A DNA stretch of 63,960 bases, filler included, from Olpidium bornovanus S191 (GCA_017911155.1; 35 parts of 35 records of this genome joined end to end with filler, not necessarily neighbours in it); one strand, 5' to 3'. Counted from the whole stretch's first letter, positions 23,215-36,255 are shown. Notes: generated by a model not told the origin, from the letters alone. Made by a program: numbers and translations.

Positions 23215-25285
23215 ATCGCAAGTTTTCGGAGTGTTCCGCGCGGATCCGCGCCACCCTTTACTTCCTCGCCCCCTTTTTTTTTCCGCGGGTTCTTTCCGCC
23301 TTTCGTCGTGCTCCTCCGCCGCCAGACACGTCGTGCGGTCGGAAGTCCGCCGCACTTCCTTAGCTCCTGTCGGGGCCTTTAGGTGAAGGGTTGGGCCGTG
23401 GCGTTCGGCGCGGCCGCCGCAGAGGGAAAGGAAGCGGGGGGGGGAAAGGGGTAGCGCTAAACTGAAACAAATGGGGGGGGGTTTCGGGACACCGCGCCCC
23501 ACTAGAGATTTACCCTTGGAACTGCTCTCTATAAAAGCGGTGTAGACCGCCTGAATAGAACAGCTCTCCGCCGAGCGCCTTCTGCCCATATCTTACAAGC
23601 GCGGGAGGGGTGGCGTGTCGGAAAGGAAAGGGGAGGGGAGGGGAAGCCCCGTGGCACCTCCTCCCGTTTTTTTCCGCCCCCAATAGAATCTCGCACGATG
23701 CAAGTGCCACTTTCGCCGCCGTCTGCGTCGCCGGGAAAATGTCCCCGGAGCGAAAATGACAGGCTTACCCTGGTGTAGGCCGACTTTTTTTTTTTCGCCG
23801 ATGACGTTCCGGACCGTGTCAATGTTGCTGTTGACGAAAGGACCCGGCACAGTTTAGAGAATCTTTATTTTTATTATACAATACCTAATCCTCGCGTTGC
23901 TCTCAACGACAATGCTGACACAGATCAAAAAGTCAAAACCAGACTTCACCACATGTATGATCCGGTTAATGGCCACTACTCCGGAATCAAATGGAATGAA
24001 ATACCTGGCATCAAAATTGATCTGGAACCAGCCACCCACCTCTCGTGACCTGTGTAGTGGAACCGAGTGGGTTGTTGTGCGGCGTGGGAGGGGGGTGGGG
24101 CAGTTTACGTCTTCTCCTCTTCGGAGGGGACCATTGAAGGGACAATCGAGTGGTTCGTTGTGAGAGTCGGCGATGGAGATGCCACGTCAATAAGCAATAG
24201 TGCACTCGATACTGGAGAGGTATTCGATACGGGAGAGGCATCGACGGAGATGCCACTTTGATATGCAATAGTGCAATCGATACGGTTCACTACATCTGAC
24301 AGAGTGGAACAGTATTTCCGTTACAAATGTCTTGAAATGCCCATTAACCTTTAGGCACTGACTCACCTGCCACTGCATTGGTTACACACTACAGACAACA
24401 GCATTCCACGTATGTACCAGGAACCACACCCATTCAAAAAAGCACAATGCTCTTCCCACGCAACTCTAAGATGATACAAGAGATTTAAACTCAGCTTGCT
24501 GACACGAAAGTACTCTTCGAGCTTGTGCCTTTCCCGCCTCACACTTGGCCAATCCGCGGCAAGTCGGACTGAAAGCTCAAGGTGCATCTTAATGGCAAAA
24601 TACGTAAGTTTAAGACTTGCTATGCTGCCAAAGGATAATTGCAATAGCAAGGCGTCATTTTTGAAAAATGTGGAACTCCATTATTTTGTCTACTACACTC
24701 CATTTTCTCTTTGCCCTCGCAATCTGCAAGGGCTAGAAAATCTTGACTCGAGGTCCTCGAAGTTTCCGGAGGGCTTTACACTGGAGGTATAGGACGGGAC
24801 CGATGGAAAATAAAAAATAGTAAAAAATTTATCCTTGTGCAGTTTGCCAACCACTGCCTCAGGTGCGACCTTGGAATTCAGGACTCCACCCGACGAATTC
24901 TTCAATTACGTCCCACCCCCTCCCCTTATTTATTTTTTCCCCTCTTTTTTCCCCCTCGTATATCGATGCCAACTCGCTCGGCGAACGGGACCGGGTAAAA
25001 TCCCGTTTTGCACACCGCCGCACCGCCGATCAAAGCGTTTTTTGAAGAATCACGAAGGAGGTTTTTATCAGTTCTACCTCCAGAGGGCCATTAGAGGGCG
25101 GAAACTTGGACTACATTACAGGCGGAAACGTGTGCTGTCAACTTGTCGGTCGCTTTGTATCAAGAACGAACGGACGGACGACGGGAACAATCGGCTGCCG
25201 AGACAACGAGCGCGCGTGATTTCAACGGGCGTATTGGTCCCGCAACCGTGAATACGCATGCTTCCCACGGAGATGTGAAATAAAT

Positions 25286-26794
25286 TCAGGATGGTGACGG
25301 CGCTGTGCGGTCGATGTCGACGACCACATTCTTTAAGATGGTGAGCTTTTCTGCCGGCTGCCCCTGGTTTACGTTCCCGCCAGCCGGAGGTTGCTGTGGC
25401 GAAACCTCCGCGCCGCGCGCACCCTGATTTTGCTGAGGGCGCACTTGATGGCCGTGGTGATGAAGCATGCCGTGCAGTATGCTGTGGTCCCAAACGTTGA
25501 TGGCGTGTATGGCCCCGGCAGCAAAAATGGCGCCGCCGACGGCGTTGCCGAGCGCCACCGCCGCCTGGTTGAAAAGGAACCACCCGATTGTGGTGTCCGC
25601 TCCGTACATCATTCCGAGCGGAACGAAGAACACTTGGCCCGAAAAAAAATAAAAGAAAGTCAGAAAGGAAAGCGGGAACTGTCAAAACCCTTGAAAATCG
25701 AAAACTCCGCCACCGTCCTGCAGAAAAAAGAAGGGGGGGGGGGGAAGGCGGGGAGGGCGGATGGACGGGGGAAATAAAAAGGGAAACTCACTGTTCGCCA
25801 CGCTGTGCTCAAACCCGACTAGGACGAATAGCATCGGTGGAAACCACATGTTGAAGAACTTTCCCGCCCCGTCTTTGGCTCCCAGGCCGAGAAAGACGCC
25901 CATGCAGACAAGTATGTTTGCCGGGATGGCTCTCAGGAAAAGAACCCCGAAGCCGTATTGTCTGGTTTTTTGTACGGCCACCAGCTTAACCCATTCGAGC
26001 CAGGGCTCCGCGGCAAATACTTTCGTGAGGTACCCAAAAAAGTAGGCCGAAGCCACGCAGCCCGCCATGTTTGAGAGGTACACCAAAAACCAGTTGATTG
26101 CGAGCCGAAGGATCGGAACCTTGGTTCGAAAAAAAGAAGTGGACGGTTTCTGCAGGTTAGCAAAAAAAAAAAAAAAAAAAAAAGCAAAGAAAGCGGCGTG
26201 ATCAAACGTCGATCGACCTTTCTGTTGAGGACGCCTGCAGCAACGAGAAGTTCAGTCGGGTTTGCAGTTTGCAGCCGGCCACGTAGACCCCAGAATTGAA
26301 AACCCGCTCTCACCAATTGTCATAACCATGGTGTTTCCAGTGAAAAGCTCCCCTCCGAAGTCGAGGATGAAGTGCAGGGCTTGCGCGCACACACAGACAA
26401 TTATGTCAGCGTTTTGTGACGACGCAAAACTCTCTCCCGACCTGGAAAAGGGTGGGTGGGCGGCAGAAAGAGAAAAAAAAAAGCCAACCAGCATACCGAA
26501 CGGAAAGAAAAACCCGACGCCGATCTTCGGCAAGATCGGGTAAGCCGCGCGGAGTTCACTGCCCATGCCCCCCGCCACGGCGTTGCCCGCCAGACCCCCC
26601 ACGGCAACCCAGAAACCTGCGAGAATGCCGAGAAAAATGGACTTGTCGAACGGGTTTTTCGCCTTCTTCAACGCATTGTCGACAAATTTCGGTTCCAGCG
26701 CCGATCCGACCAGCATTTCGAAGGCATTCTGCTCGCTCGCTTCCCGGAGCTCTTTAATGCTGTCGGCAGCTGCAATGCGGGTAGAGGAAAGGGG
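25286..26794 (-). CDS. Formate/nitrite transporter (FNT family), multi-exon
   Basis: KKAKNPFDKSIFLGILAG, FPFG|ALHF...GGELFTGN, FLRAIPANILVC, GFEHSVAN|MFFVPLG, LGNAVGG motifs; stop at 25286. Confidence 0.95.
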
Positions 26795-26894
26795 NNNNNN
26801 NNNNNNNNNNNNNNNNNNNNNNNNNNNNNNNNNNNNNNTTAATTAATTAANNNNNNNNNNNNNNNNNNNNNNNNNNNNNNNNNNNNNNNNNNNN

Positions 26895-27960
26895 ATCTGC
26901 GCAGAGCCGGGACTTTCCGCATCCGCACGGGCCGTCGATGACAACCACGCGATTGTTTATCTTTTCAAGACTGATGTCCGTCCGCCCTTTCCAGTTGACT
27001 TCCCTCGCGGACATGTCCACCTATTGTGTGAACTTTCGGTGAGCGTTTCGGCGCGCCGCGGGCAGGTGATACGCTTGCTAAATGTTTATCGTATAAGCAC
27101 CCACCTTGACCAGCTGATTTCTCGGGTCGGTTAGCGCGAAACCCTCCCGGTCTGCGTGCAGCTTAATCACCGTCAGCGTTCCGCATGCCGGATTAAAGCA
27201 TTGGTAAGCAACGTCATCCGTCCTCGGAATCACCCGCGCCGACGGCGACCCCTTCGGTTTCCCGGCTATGTCGAGATCGTCGCAATTGGTGCAGTAAACC
27301 AAGTCGTTGGCATGGAAGTCTCTCGGGTCAACCGCGTTTTTCTGTTCGTCAAACATGACGGTGTCCGGCTCTTCCAGGAATCGTGGAATCGGATGAGAGC
27401 GAGGTATCGACGCCCGCTGAAGATGACGCTCCAATTGATAAATGCTTTCGTAATGTTTTTTGAGGGCAGCAGCACGCACCCTTGCGAAGTCTCTATCCTG
27501 CACAGAAGTCAGCGATACACGCACACGTCCCTTCTAAGAAGTCACTCGTTACACTCCCCTTCCACTAACGCTTCCTCATTTTGATGAACGCACCCGTTCC
27601 TGTGCAGGTGACGGAATATCCCACCCGGTGGTCGCCGCATGCTCCTCCGATGCTTCGAGATCGTCAAGAATCCTGTTAGCCCATTCCGGAAGCTTGGCGT
27701 CCCCAGTCGACGCGGCTATGACTGCCTCCAACGAGAAGACTCTTCCTTCGTCTCTCATGTCGTCGTGGCCCACGACGGGCTTGCTCGTTATACAAGTCCT
27801 TCAAGTAGATAAACGGGGAATTCAGATTGAGGAGCACGGCAATTTCCTCGCAGGGCGCGACTCGTAGTGGTCTGTCCACGTCGACGTCTTGGGTAACCAT
27901 CATCTTTTTCAAGTGTCTTGGCGATAGGACCAGGCCCGTGTAGGTCCATTCGCGCGTGAA
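26895..27960 (-). CDS. Zn-finger plus P-loop NTPase fragment (viral primase/origin-binding helicase-like), spliced, truncated by the contig end; possible frameshift near 27790
   Basis: Phase-0 GT-AG introns 27593-27498 and 27104-27021 join ...PAQER|DRDF...YCTNC...SPSARV...YQCFNPAC...QLVK|VDMSAR...RVVVIDGPCGCGKS (Walker A at 26933-26910). Confidence 0.65.
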
Positions 27961-29153
27961 TGTGACCGCGCATTTTGTTGGCGAACCTTCTGGACGAGAG
28001 AAAAGGCGCAAAAGGCGGGCTTTTCCGGGCGCGGGCGCTGGCGAGAGCCGGCCGGCACACAAAACCCGGGTGTGACCAGAAACGGAGAGGCCTGCGAGCC
28101 GCTGCGGGGTGCGCCTATCCCGTTCGGGTTCCCCCTTCCAACCCCCTTCCCCCGCCCCGTTGTTCGCCGCTTGTTTTCACCATTTATGACCCGTCGGTTT
28201 TTTTTAATATAGAATGTGTTGTATTTTTTCGTTTTCGCGGGCCAGGAGACAGATTTGACACGTCGCCCGCAGGTAATACCCTGCTTCCTCACCCCCCTTA
28301 CTTCCCCGCCCCCGCTGGAGCCCTGCCGAAAGAGCTTAAGAATTTGCGGACGCCAACTTCCCGAGACTCTCCCTTCCCCGGAACAGCCGGCGTGGCGGGC
28401 GAGGGGCCGACGACGACGACGATCCGCTGCCGCCGCTTCCGGACGCGAGCGCCCGCCCCTTTCCCCCCGGTCCGCTTGCGGGGATGGACGACGGCAACAA
28501 AAAAAAGAAAAAACGGGAGGGACGCCGGCCAGTTTTACCACTGGCCACCCCTCCCTTCAACCCTCGAGCCGGATGGGGACAGGTCTTGGCCCTCTTTAAT
28601 ACGCCATGNNNNNNNNNNNNNNNNNNNNNNNNNNNNNNNNNNNNNNNNNNNNTTAATTAATTAANNNNNNNNNNNNNNNNNNNNNNNNNNNNNNNNNNNN
28701 NNNNNNNNCATGCAGTTTTGCTCCGAATTGTGTTTGTGTCAATTCAATTGAACTATACAGGGAGGTAAATTTGATTCAGCCAATCTCTCTAAGCGACATT
28801 CCCTGAGGAGGTTAAGCTCGCCAACGCTAGCAAACTCGAAGAGATGACACCGAGAATCAGGACTCTGGCCAAACGAATAAAGGAAAAGTGAAAAAAAATA
28901 TTTATATCTTTCATGCTAAGCATCGTGGGATAACCCTGGCGCTGTCTTTGATGGAGCGAACCTCACCGATGTGTAGTAGACACGGATGTGCATTCAGCAA
29001 TCACGTGATCATCCATGACCCCTTGAACGTGCAGCGCGCGGAGCTTCCGGCCCGGACAGAGGCGCGAACAATCAGTCAAAAGCAAAAAGAAACCGACCGA
29101 AAAAAGCCATCGACCGGCCCCGCCTGGCTCTGCCCGGGCACCTCCCCCCCCGG

Positions 29154-30878
29154 ATGCTGCCGCCGCTGATGCCGAAATCCCGCCCCGCCCCAGGGGAAAC
29201 CGTGCAGGCAGTCCCGGCCTCCGCGCCGGCTGCATCAGCCGCCCCCCCCGCGCTTGGTTCGGCGCAGGACGCGGCCGGAGAAGTCAGCGTTGCAACCCGG
29301 AGCTCAACCGCAACCGGCGGGTTGTCGAGTCCGTCCGCGGACGGCCAGGCGGTGGAGGTCTGGGTGCCGAGGCTGCGCCCGGAACCTTTACGGTCGAGAG
29401 CAGTGCAGCGCTATCAGGGCCTATCCGTTCTGCCGCCGCCCGTGTTCTCTGACGGCACCGAGGAGAGACACCCGCGGAACACCTCGCCGAACACCGCGGG
29501 CCGGCTTAACTACTACCGTCCGTTCGCCGAGGACGACAAGAAGGCCATTCTGTGGCTTGCAAGGCTGGGCACAACCTTTTACAAAAATGCCAGATCTCTG
29601 GTCGGCCAGTCCGTCTCCGCCGGAAACGCGCACGCGCCCGCAGCAAGCATGGGCGCGTTCCCGGCCGCCGCCGAAACCGACTGTTTGGGTTCACTTGTCT
29701 TGCGCGGCCAGACACCCTTTGTGATACCCGAGGTGCCGCTGATCACCGTGGACCCGCACGCAGCGGTGTACACCTTGCGATTCACGGGTTTTCCCGCAGG
29801 CTACAAGCTGTTCGAGCATGTTTTTGAGGTAATTCAGGAAGTTGCCACGGTTGACAGCAATCTCGGCGTATAGCCGCTGCAGGGCTTTTTGTGTGCGTTA
29901 AGGTTGCTAGACCATAAAATTCGTTCCGTGTATTTGCGTCTTTGCAGGTGAAAAAGGACACACTGAAGTTGGCTGATGCCGGCGAGCAACCGAAACTACC
30001 GCGTATCAGACGCGATTCGTACTTGTTTGGTATGACTCGTTTCGCGTATTGCCTGTTGTCCGAACATTGTCTGACGACTTTGTTGGCCCTACCACATTGC
30101 CATCGACGGTCAGGCCATCCAAGCGGAGCGAAATTCCGGTCACCGAACGAGTTTTTGCCGCATCTATGGTGGCTCCTATTTGGTTAGCACTGTGGGAGCA
30201 GGCCGCACGTCGCTTCGTTCCAGCATATGAAACAAATATTAATTTTGTTTGCAATGCTTTTAGATCCGCAACGAACAAAGTGCTTTTGCCTGTATTGCGG
30301 TAACTTGTTTACCAGACGCTATCTTGCGATCGGGGGACCTGTGAGTGGTTCGTCCGCCCATTTCGAGACCTCCCGGCCAGACACGAGGCACAAGATCACG
30401 CCCAAAACACCTGTTCCAAAATTCCGGCGTGCGAATCTAAAACGCGCGTCGACGGTTCCTGCGGCGAAAGTGCAATTGCTGGTCCGGTCCGCGCCAGCAT
30501 TTCGAATTGGGGAGGTAGTGTGGGCTCGGTCAAAAACAACGTTCGTAAAGTACCCCCCCAATTTCCCACCCGGTGCGGAGAGGCGAGACGTGTCACACTG
30601 GCCAGCGCTCGTGCTTGGCGAGACCCGGGATGGAAATGTGCACCTTTACCAGGTACACATACTAAAGCGGACAAACGCTCTCAACGAGCCTCGGGTCGTG
30701 TCCCTGGGCCCCGAGCGGGTGCTCCCGTGGCTTGCGCTGGACATCCAGCTGCCGTCGCATGAGCAGCTGGAAGCCGCTCTGGCTGCCGGCGTTGCTGACC
30801 TCGAGCTCTTCCGCGAAGCAGTCGAGTTTGTCACAACGGCCGTCCAGTGCACCTACCACCCTTTTGGAGCGTCGCAGC
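29154..30878 (+). CDS. Clr2-family (cryptic loci regulator) silencing protein with a PWWP/Tudor-like module, multi-exon, 3' truncated
   Basis: YTLRFTGFPAGYKLFEH...DSYLFG|HPSGAKFRSPNEFLPHLWWL...CFCLYC (Clr2 N-terminal motif), then FRIGEVVWAR...HWPALVL. Confidence 0.8.
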
Positions 30879-30978
30879 NNNNNNNNNNNNNNNNNNNNNN
30901 NNNNNNNNNNNNNNNNNNNNNNTTAATTAATTAANNNNNNNNNNNNNNNNNNNNNNNNNNNNNNNNNNNNNNNNNNNN

Positions 30979-31875
30979 AAGCCCAGCGCGGGGGCAGCGG
31001 CCTGGTGGTGTATTTCCGCAAAGAGGGCCGGGCGCTGGGGGAGGTCACCAAGTACCTCGGTGAGCGCGAGATCAGAGCAACCGGTTTAGAAATGTCATGC
31101 CGTTTCCGGACGGTTACGGACCGCGGCGATTTTCGGCCAAAAAAAAAAAAAAACACACACACACACACACTTGAACGTCAAAACCAGTGTACAACGCTCG
31201 GAAGCGCGCGGAACACGGTGACACCGCCGCCGACTATTTCCGGCGCACCGAGTGCATCGCGGGGGTGAAGGACATGCGCTTCCAAGCGCTCATGCCGGAC
31301 GTGCTTCACTGGCTCGGCATCAAGAAAGTAGACAGGATGATCTCCATGAGCAACATGGTACGTTTTCGCGAGGAGGGGGGGTGTTTTTTTTTTTGTTTTT
31401 TGGGCCCGTTGATTTGCCGGTTTGCAAACGTAAGCGCTTTCCGGAAACGACGGGCCCGCCTGAACGGAAACCCCCCGCCACCACCACCACCCTGCCGGTA
31501 ACCGCCGTCCCCAGAAACACGACGCGATCGTCGCCGCCGGCATCCCGATCCTCGAGCGCGTGGACATCCCCGCGGACCTCATCCCGGCCGATTCCCGGGT
31601 CGAGATCGAAGCGAAGGTGCGGGCTCGCCTTCTGGCGACCACACCACCCAGGGCCTGGCGTTCGGATTTCCTTTTTGTCTTCTACATGTCCGCCCTTTTT
31701 TATGCGCAACGTCACACAAACACGTCGAAAATTCTCTGCGCGCTTTTTTTTTTTTGGTGTTTTCCTTCCCCCCCCCCCCCCCTTCACCCGCCTCAGATCG
31801 CCGCTGGCTATTTCACGACCGGGCACATCCCTTCGGCGGAGGAGCTCGAACAGACCAAAGGGCGAACCTGGTGCG
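30979..31875 (+). CDS. GTP cyclohydrolase II-like / uracil-regulated protein URG1 family, C-terminal part, 3 introns
   Basis: GLVVYFRKEGRALGEVTKYL|VYNARKR...YFRRTECIAGVKDMRFQALMPDVLHWLGIKKVDRMISMSNM|KHDAIV...VEIEAK|IAAGYFT. Confidence 0.92.
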
Positions 31876-32189
31876 CTCAAAAGAGTCCGACCTTCTCGAA
31901 AGGAAAAACTCGCTTTCTTCGTTCTCCGCGTTTTTCTTTTCTCGGGCCGCCCCCGTAATCCCGACCGTCTTTGACTTCTGCCAGGGACGACATCCTCCAT
32001 TAAGCAAAAGACGGCGTGCGGAGGCGAACCCCCCCCCCCCCCCCCCCCCCCCCCGCCGCCCCCCCCCCCCCCTCCCCCCCCCAAAACANNNNNNNNNNNN
32101 NNNNNNNNNNNNNNNNNNNNNNNNNNNNNNNNTTAATTAATTAANNNNNNNNNNNNNNNNNNNNNNNNNNNNNNNNNNNNNNNNNNNNC

Positions 32190-33149
32190 ATGCATTACTC
32201 TTTCGAATCCGAGGCCAAGGTTCGGATGATGCTGGAAAACGTCACGGGGGGATTACGACCAGGGGGCCGTTACATCTTAACGATCCCAGACGCACGTGTT
32301 TTGAAGTGAGGGGGATGGCATTTTCGACGTCGACGTGCGCGTAAAGTCGCGGCGCACGTTAGTTTCCCTCAACAAATGCCCTGTTTTGCTCGTCTCGTGG
32401 GGGACCACAGAAAACGTCTTCATTCGCGCAGCACGAAGGTCTACACGGTGAACGAAGAAATTGATCTGCCAGAAGGGCCGGGAAGGACGTCGAGAAAGAT
32501 CCGCATACACGAGTTCGGCAATTCGATATACAACGTGAAACTCAAGGTTCTTGTCGACGAGAAGGGTGGAAGCCCGACGGGGCAGTCTCGAGAAGAGGCA
32601 CCGCCTTCTCTTCCGGACTTTGGGGCTCGTTACAGCTTCACCCTGCAGGACGCCGTAGACGACTGCGACGAGTTTGTCGTGGAGCCGCGCGTGTTTGAGA
32701 AGTACGCGTCGCCAGGAGGGCGTTTCCGTCGCATGGCGCTTGATTCTCATGGAAATGGGTAGGACCCAGATACGCCCTTCTTACCCCATTTCTGCTTGGA
32801 ACTTTTTTTTCCTATCGTAAGGCTGGCCGCGGATTACGGTCTTCGGGTTGTGCTCCATTGTAACTTCCATGAGTACTACGAGCAGATGACACGGCCACTA
32901 GGTTTGGTGAGCGATCACGTGGCCCGAGAGAACAGGCTGCTTCTTCAGAGGATGAAGGTTGTTGATCGAAACTGGCAGCAAGGCTCGGTGATGTCCGAGG
33001 ATGAATGGGAGGCCGCAGGTCAGTGGAGCTCTTTGTATCCGGAATTCGATATGCTGGGATGGTTCTGCTGACGCAACGTATAATCTTCGTTGGCCGATAC
33101 AATATGTGCCACAGGGCTGTATGCCGTGTATGGGCTCGACCGGCTGTAA
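32190..33149 (+). CDS. ABD1: mRNA cap guanine-N7 methyltransferase, C-terminal part
   Basis: MHYSFESEAKVRMMLENV...LRPGGRYILTIPDA; EFGNSIY; FGARYSFTLQDAVDDCDEFVV; MSEDEWEAA|GLYAVY. Confidence 0.92.
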
Positions 33150-34037
33150 CTCGCCACCGTTTCATGGCACTTCGGGTGGTGGCGTGTTTCTTGCGCAGTC
33201 GACTGCCGCCCCGCCGGTTTGCACGGCGTTTTGTTTTGGGGCGGGGGGAACCGGCCGATACGAGAGCTCTGGTTGAGCTGATTCCGTGTTCTTCGCGGCG
33301 CTTACCAACCTGANNNNNNNNNNNNNNNNNNNNNNNNNNNNNNNNNNNNNNNNNNNNTTAATTAATTAANNNNNNNNNNNNNNNNNNNNNNNNNNNNNNN
33401 NNNNNNNNNNNNNCCCGCCCCCGCTTCTCGGCTGGCTTTGCCTTAAAAAGCCAAGACGCTTTTTTTTTTCACGCGCCGCATTGCAGGAATGACGCCAATT
33501 AACCCTTAACCCCGGGAATAGCTTTGCAAACCGAGCCACCCGGCACGGGGAATGCTTTTCGCGTGCGCAAAACGGGTCCAACGACGGAAAGGCAACAAAA
33601 CGCTGCGAAGGTGATCTGAAAATCGATTCAAACCGGAGGTCATGCTGGGGCCCTCAGAGTCACAGTTCGGCAATTGGCGGGCAGGCGTGCGTCGGTGACC
33701 GACGGGCACCCCCATACGGCGCACGCGGCGCGAAGCGCCAAACCCAAGCGTTGACTCCCCCCCTTCCCCCCCCCCAAGCTGCTCAGCCGTTCTAATACTG
33801 CGCATGTCGCCGTGGAACAAGTTGAATGAAAAACGGTAGCCGGGATTTGACGTTATCAAAAACACACCAAGTGTGCAAAATTTGGGGGCCCTGTCATCCA
33901 AAATTTCATTACCGTCCGTTTGGTAATTCCCAAAAGCACAGATCCCGAAATCCGCGGGCAGGAACGCCGTCAGAGCGGACGGCTCATGGTGCCTCTCTCG
34001 TCCCGGATGAGTGATTAACACGTATCACACACCGTCG

Positions 34038-34930
34038 TCATTGCAGGCTTCCGTCGTCTGCGTAATCTTCGTCCTTAGCTATCATCACATCCTGCCGGGG
34101 TGACGAGTCGCAGTTGCCGTCGGTGCCACTGCGTCGCGGCGTGCTTGCCAACACTTCGTCCTTGTCTACGTCCTTCAGAAAGTCGTCGAGTTCAGACAGC
34201 GGATCGGCAGCCGGGGTGGGGAGGGCGACCCGGTCACCCAGCAGCGCCGCTTTCCCTTTCTGCCACACCGTGTGCGGTGCCGACGGAGAAACGGCGTCGT
34301 TGCGCGGTCGCGCTTCCGCAGAGGACGCGCTCCCGTTTCCGTCGCCGTAGATAGCACCTGTCTGGCGGTACTCCTCGATTTGCTTTTCAAACTCCTCCTG
34401 CAAGCGCGCCGCCTTCCGCGCCTCTTCGGCGCAGATGCGCCGCTCCTCCTCGGCTTTGAGCCTGGCAAGCTGTGCCGAGTGCTCTCGGCTGGCCAGAAAC
34501 GACGGGGGAAGCAAAGCGGCAGCGAGTCTTCAATACAGGAACACGCCCGTAATCCGACTTCGCCCTGCGTGCTGGGAAACGACGTCCTCTTACCGTCTCT
34601 TGTTTTCATACCGTTCGAGCGCAGCATCCTGCTCGGCCATCCAGCTTTGAAGCTCCCGTTCAGACAACTTCATCGCAAATCGATCAAGTTCGTGATCCAT
34701 CAGGACCAGTTGCCGTCGTAGGCTGACTAGAATGGAACGGGACCCTTGGGGTCAGATGGTCCGCCATCGACCAGCAGCCCAATACGAAGGTACTGACCAG
34801 CTGTCCCAATAAGGCTTTCCACCGACGCAAACATGTCAGGTAGCTTATTTAGCATCAAGTCCAGGTCGCGGGCGCTGTTTTCGTGTGACCGGAAGGCGGC
34901 CACGGCTTTTCGCAATAAATCGCTGGCAGC
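34038..34930 (-). CDS. Coiled-coil protein fragment of unknown family, multi-exon
   Basis: Exons AASDLLRKAVAAF...VESL|SLRRQLVLMDHELDRF...AALER|...ARLKAEEERRICAEEARKAARLQEEFEKQIEEY...; stop at 34038. Confidence 0.5.
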
Positions 34931-35428
34931 CTAAAGACAAATGAGTACCCGANNNNNNNNNNNNNNNNNNNNNNNNNNNNNNNNNNNNNNNNNNNNTTAA
35001 TTAATTAANNNNNNNNNNNNNNNNNNNNNNNNNNNNNNNNNNNNNNNNNNNNCATGAGGAATTTGTATAGGTGACAACCCCCCGAGAGCCTTGGACGAGC
35101 TTTAACGGAAGGGGGGGGGCGACTTTGTCCCGTCAGGAACTCGACGAATCTTGGCCTATTGCGCGCGTGTTTCGAAACAATGTCGCTAGGAGGGAAAGAA
35201 AAAAAAAGAATAAAAGGGAATATCCCGATCCTCCGTTTTCCAATCCATCGTAGTTCCGCAGTTTGCCGGTGATGCCGATTTGCTTTTCCGTGGCGGGCTT
35301 CATCAGTAAGAGCGGACCGAGACGGCCGGCAGGCTATTGGCAGAGCAGCAAAATAAGTGTTGACGAGAAGCCCCAGAGCCCACTGACCGTACGCTGCCAG
35401 GGTTGCTGAGGCTGGGCTGCGTCTGGAC

Positions 35429-35465
<37 letters not shown>

Positions 35466-35779
35466 GGGTCGGAAACTTCTCGATTCTAGCCAGCGAAAAA
35501 AAAAATTCTGTTTGGAAAAAATCTGAGTCCAGCTCAGAAAACCCAAAAGGTGTTCCTGCTGCTATCTCTTGAAGGAGGCCGAGCTCACCAGACGCGCGGT
35601 GATTTTCACTGTACCCCCCTTTTTTTGTTTCGGTGGTGGTGGTGCGGGTGGGGCGGGGGTTTCAGGGGGGGGGGGGGGGGGGGGGGGAGGGGGGGGGGGG
35701 GGGGGGGTGACGCCGGATACAGGTACAGGGAATCCAGCAGGAAAACAAAAAAAAAAGGTTTTCCCGAGAGCGATCAGAT

Positions 35780-35908
35780 TCATCCTGCTTTTGGCTTTTC
35801 CGCGCCAGCCGCCTTGCTTACGAGCAGGCTTCCGGCGACGATCAGGCTTGCTCCGAAATACCACTGCAGCGCGAGGGGCTCGTCGAAGAGCCAGTTGCCT
35901 AGCAACGC
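35780..35908 (-). CDS. Last exon of a DMT/EamA-fold small membrane protein (TMEM42-like)
   Basis: ALLGNWLFDEPLALQWYFGASLIVAGSLLV after a CAG acceptor. Confidence 0.6.
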   Translation of the reverse strand, partial: ALLGNWLFDEPLALQWYFGASLIVAGSLLVSKAAGAEKPKAG

Positions 35909-36121
35909 CTGGTCGGATTCGGCGGCGGGCGGGCGGGCGGGCGGGCGGGCGTGGGGACGGGCGGACCGGCGCCAGCATGCGACCGTGCGTCCGCGCGTCA
36001 GCAACGTGAACGGCCTCCCGCGCAACGCGTGAGCCCCCCGGGGGCGGGAGCGTGCGTGCGGCTCCAGAAACAAAATAGAGCGAAAGGAGGAGGGGGGGGA
36101 AAGGGGGGGGGGGGGGGGGGG

Positions 36122-36152
<31 letters not shown>

Positions 36153-36255
36153 CNNNNNNNNNNNNNNNNNNNNNNNNNNNNNNNNNNNNNNNNNNNNTTA
36201 ATTAATTAANNNNNNNNNNNNNNNNNNNNNNNNNNNNNNNNNNNNNNNNNNNNCC

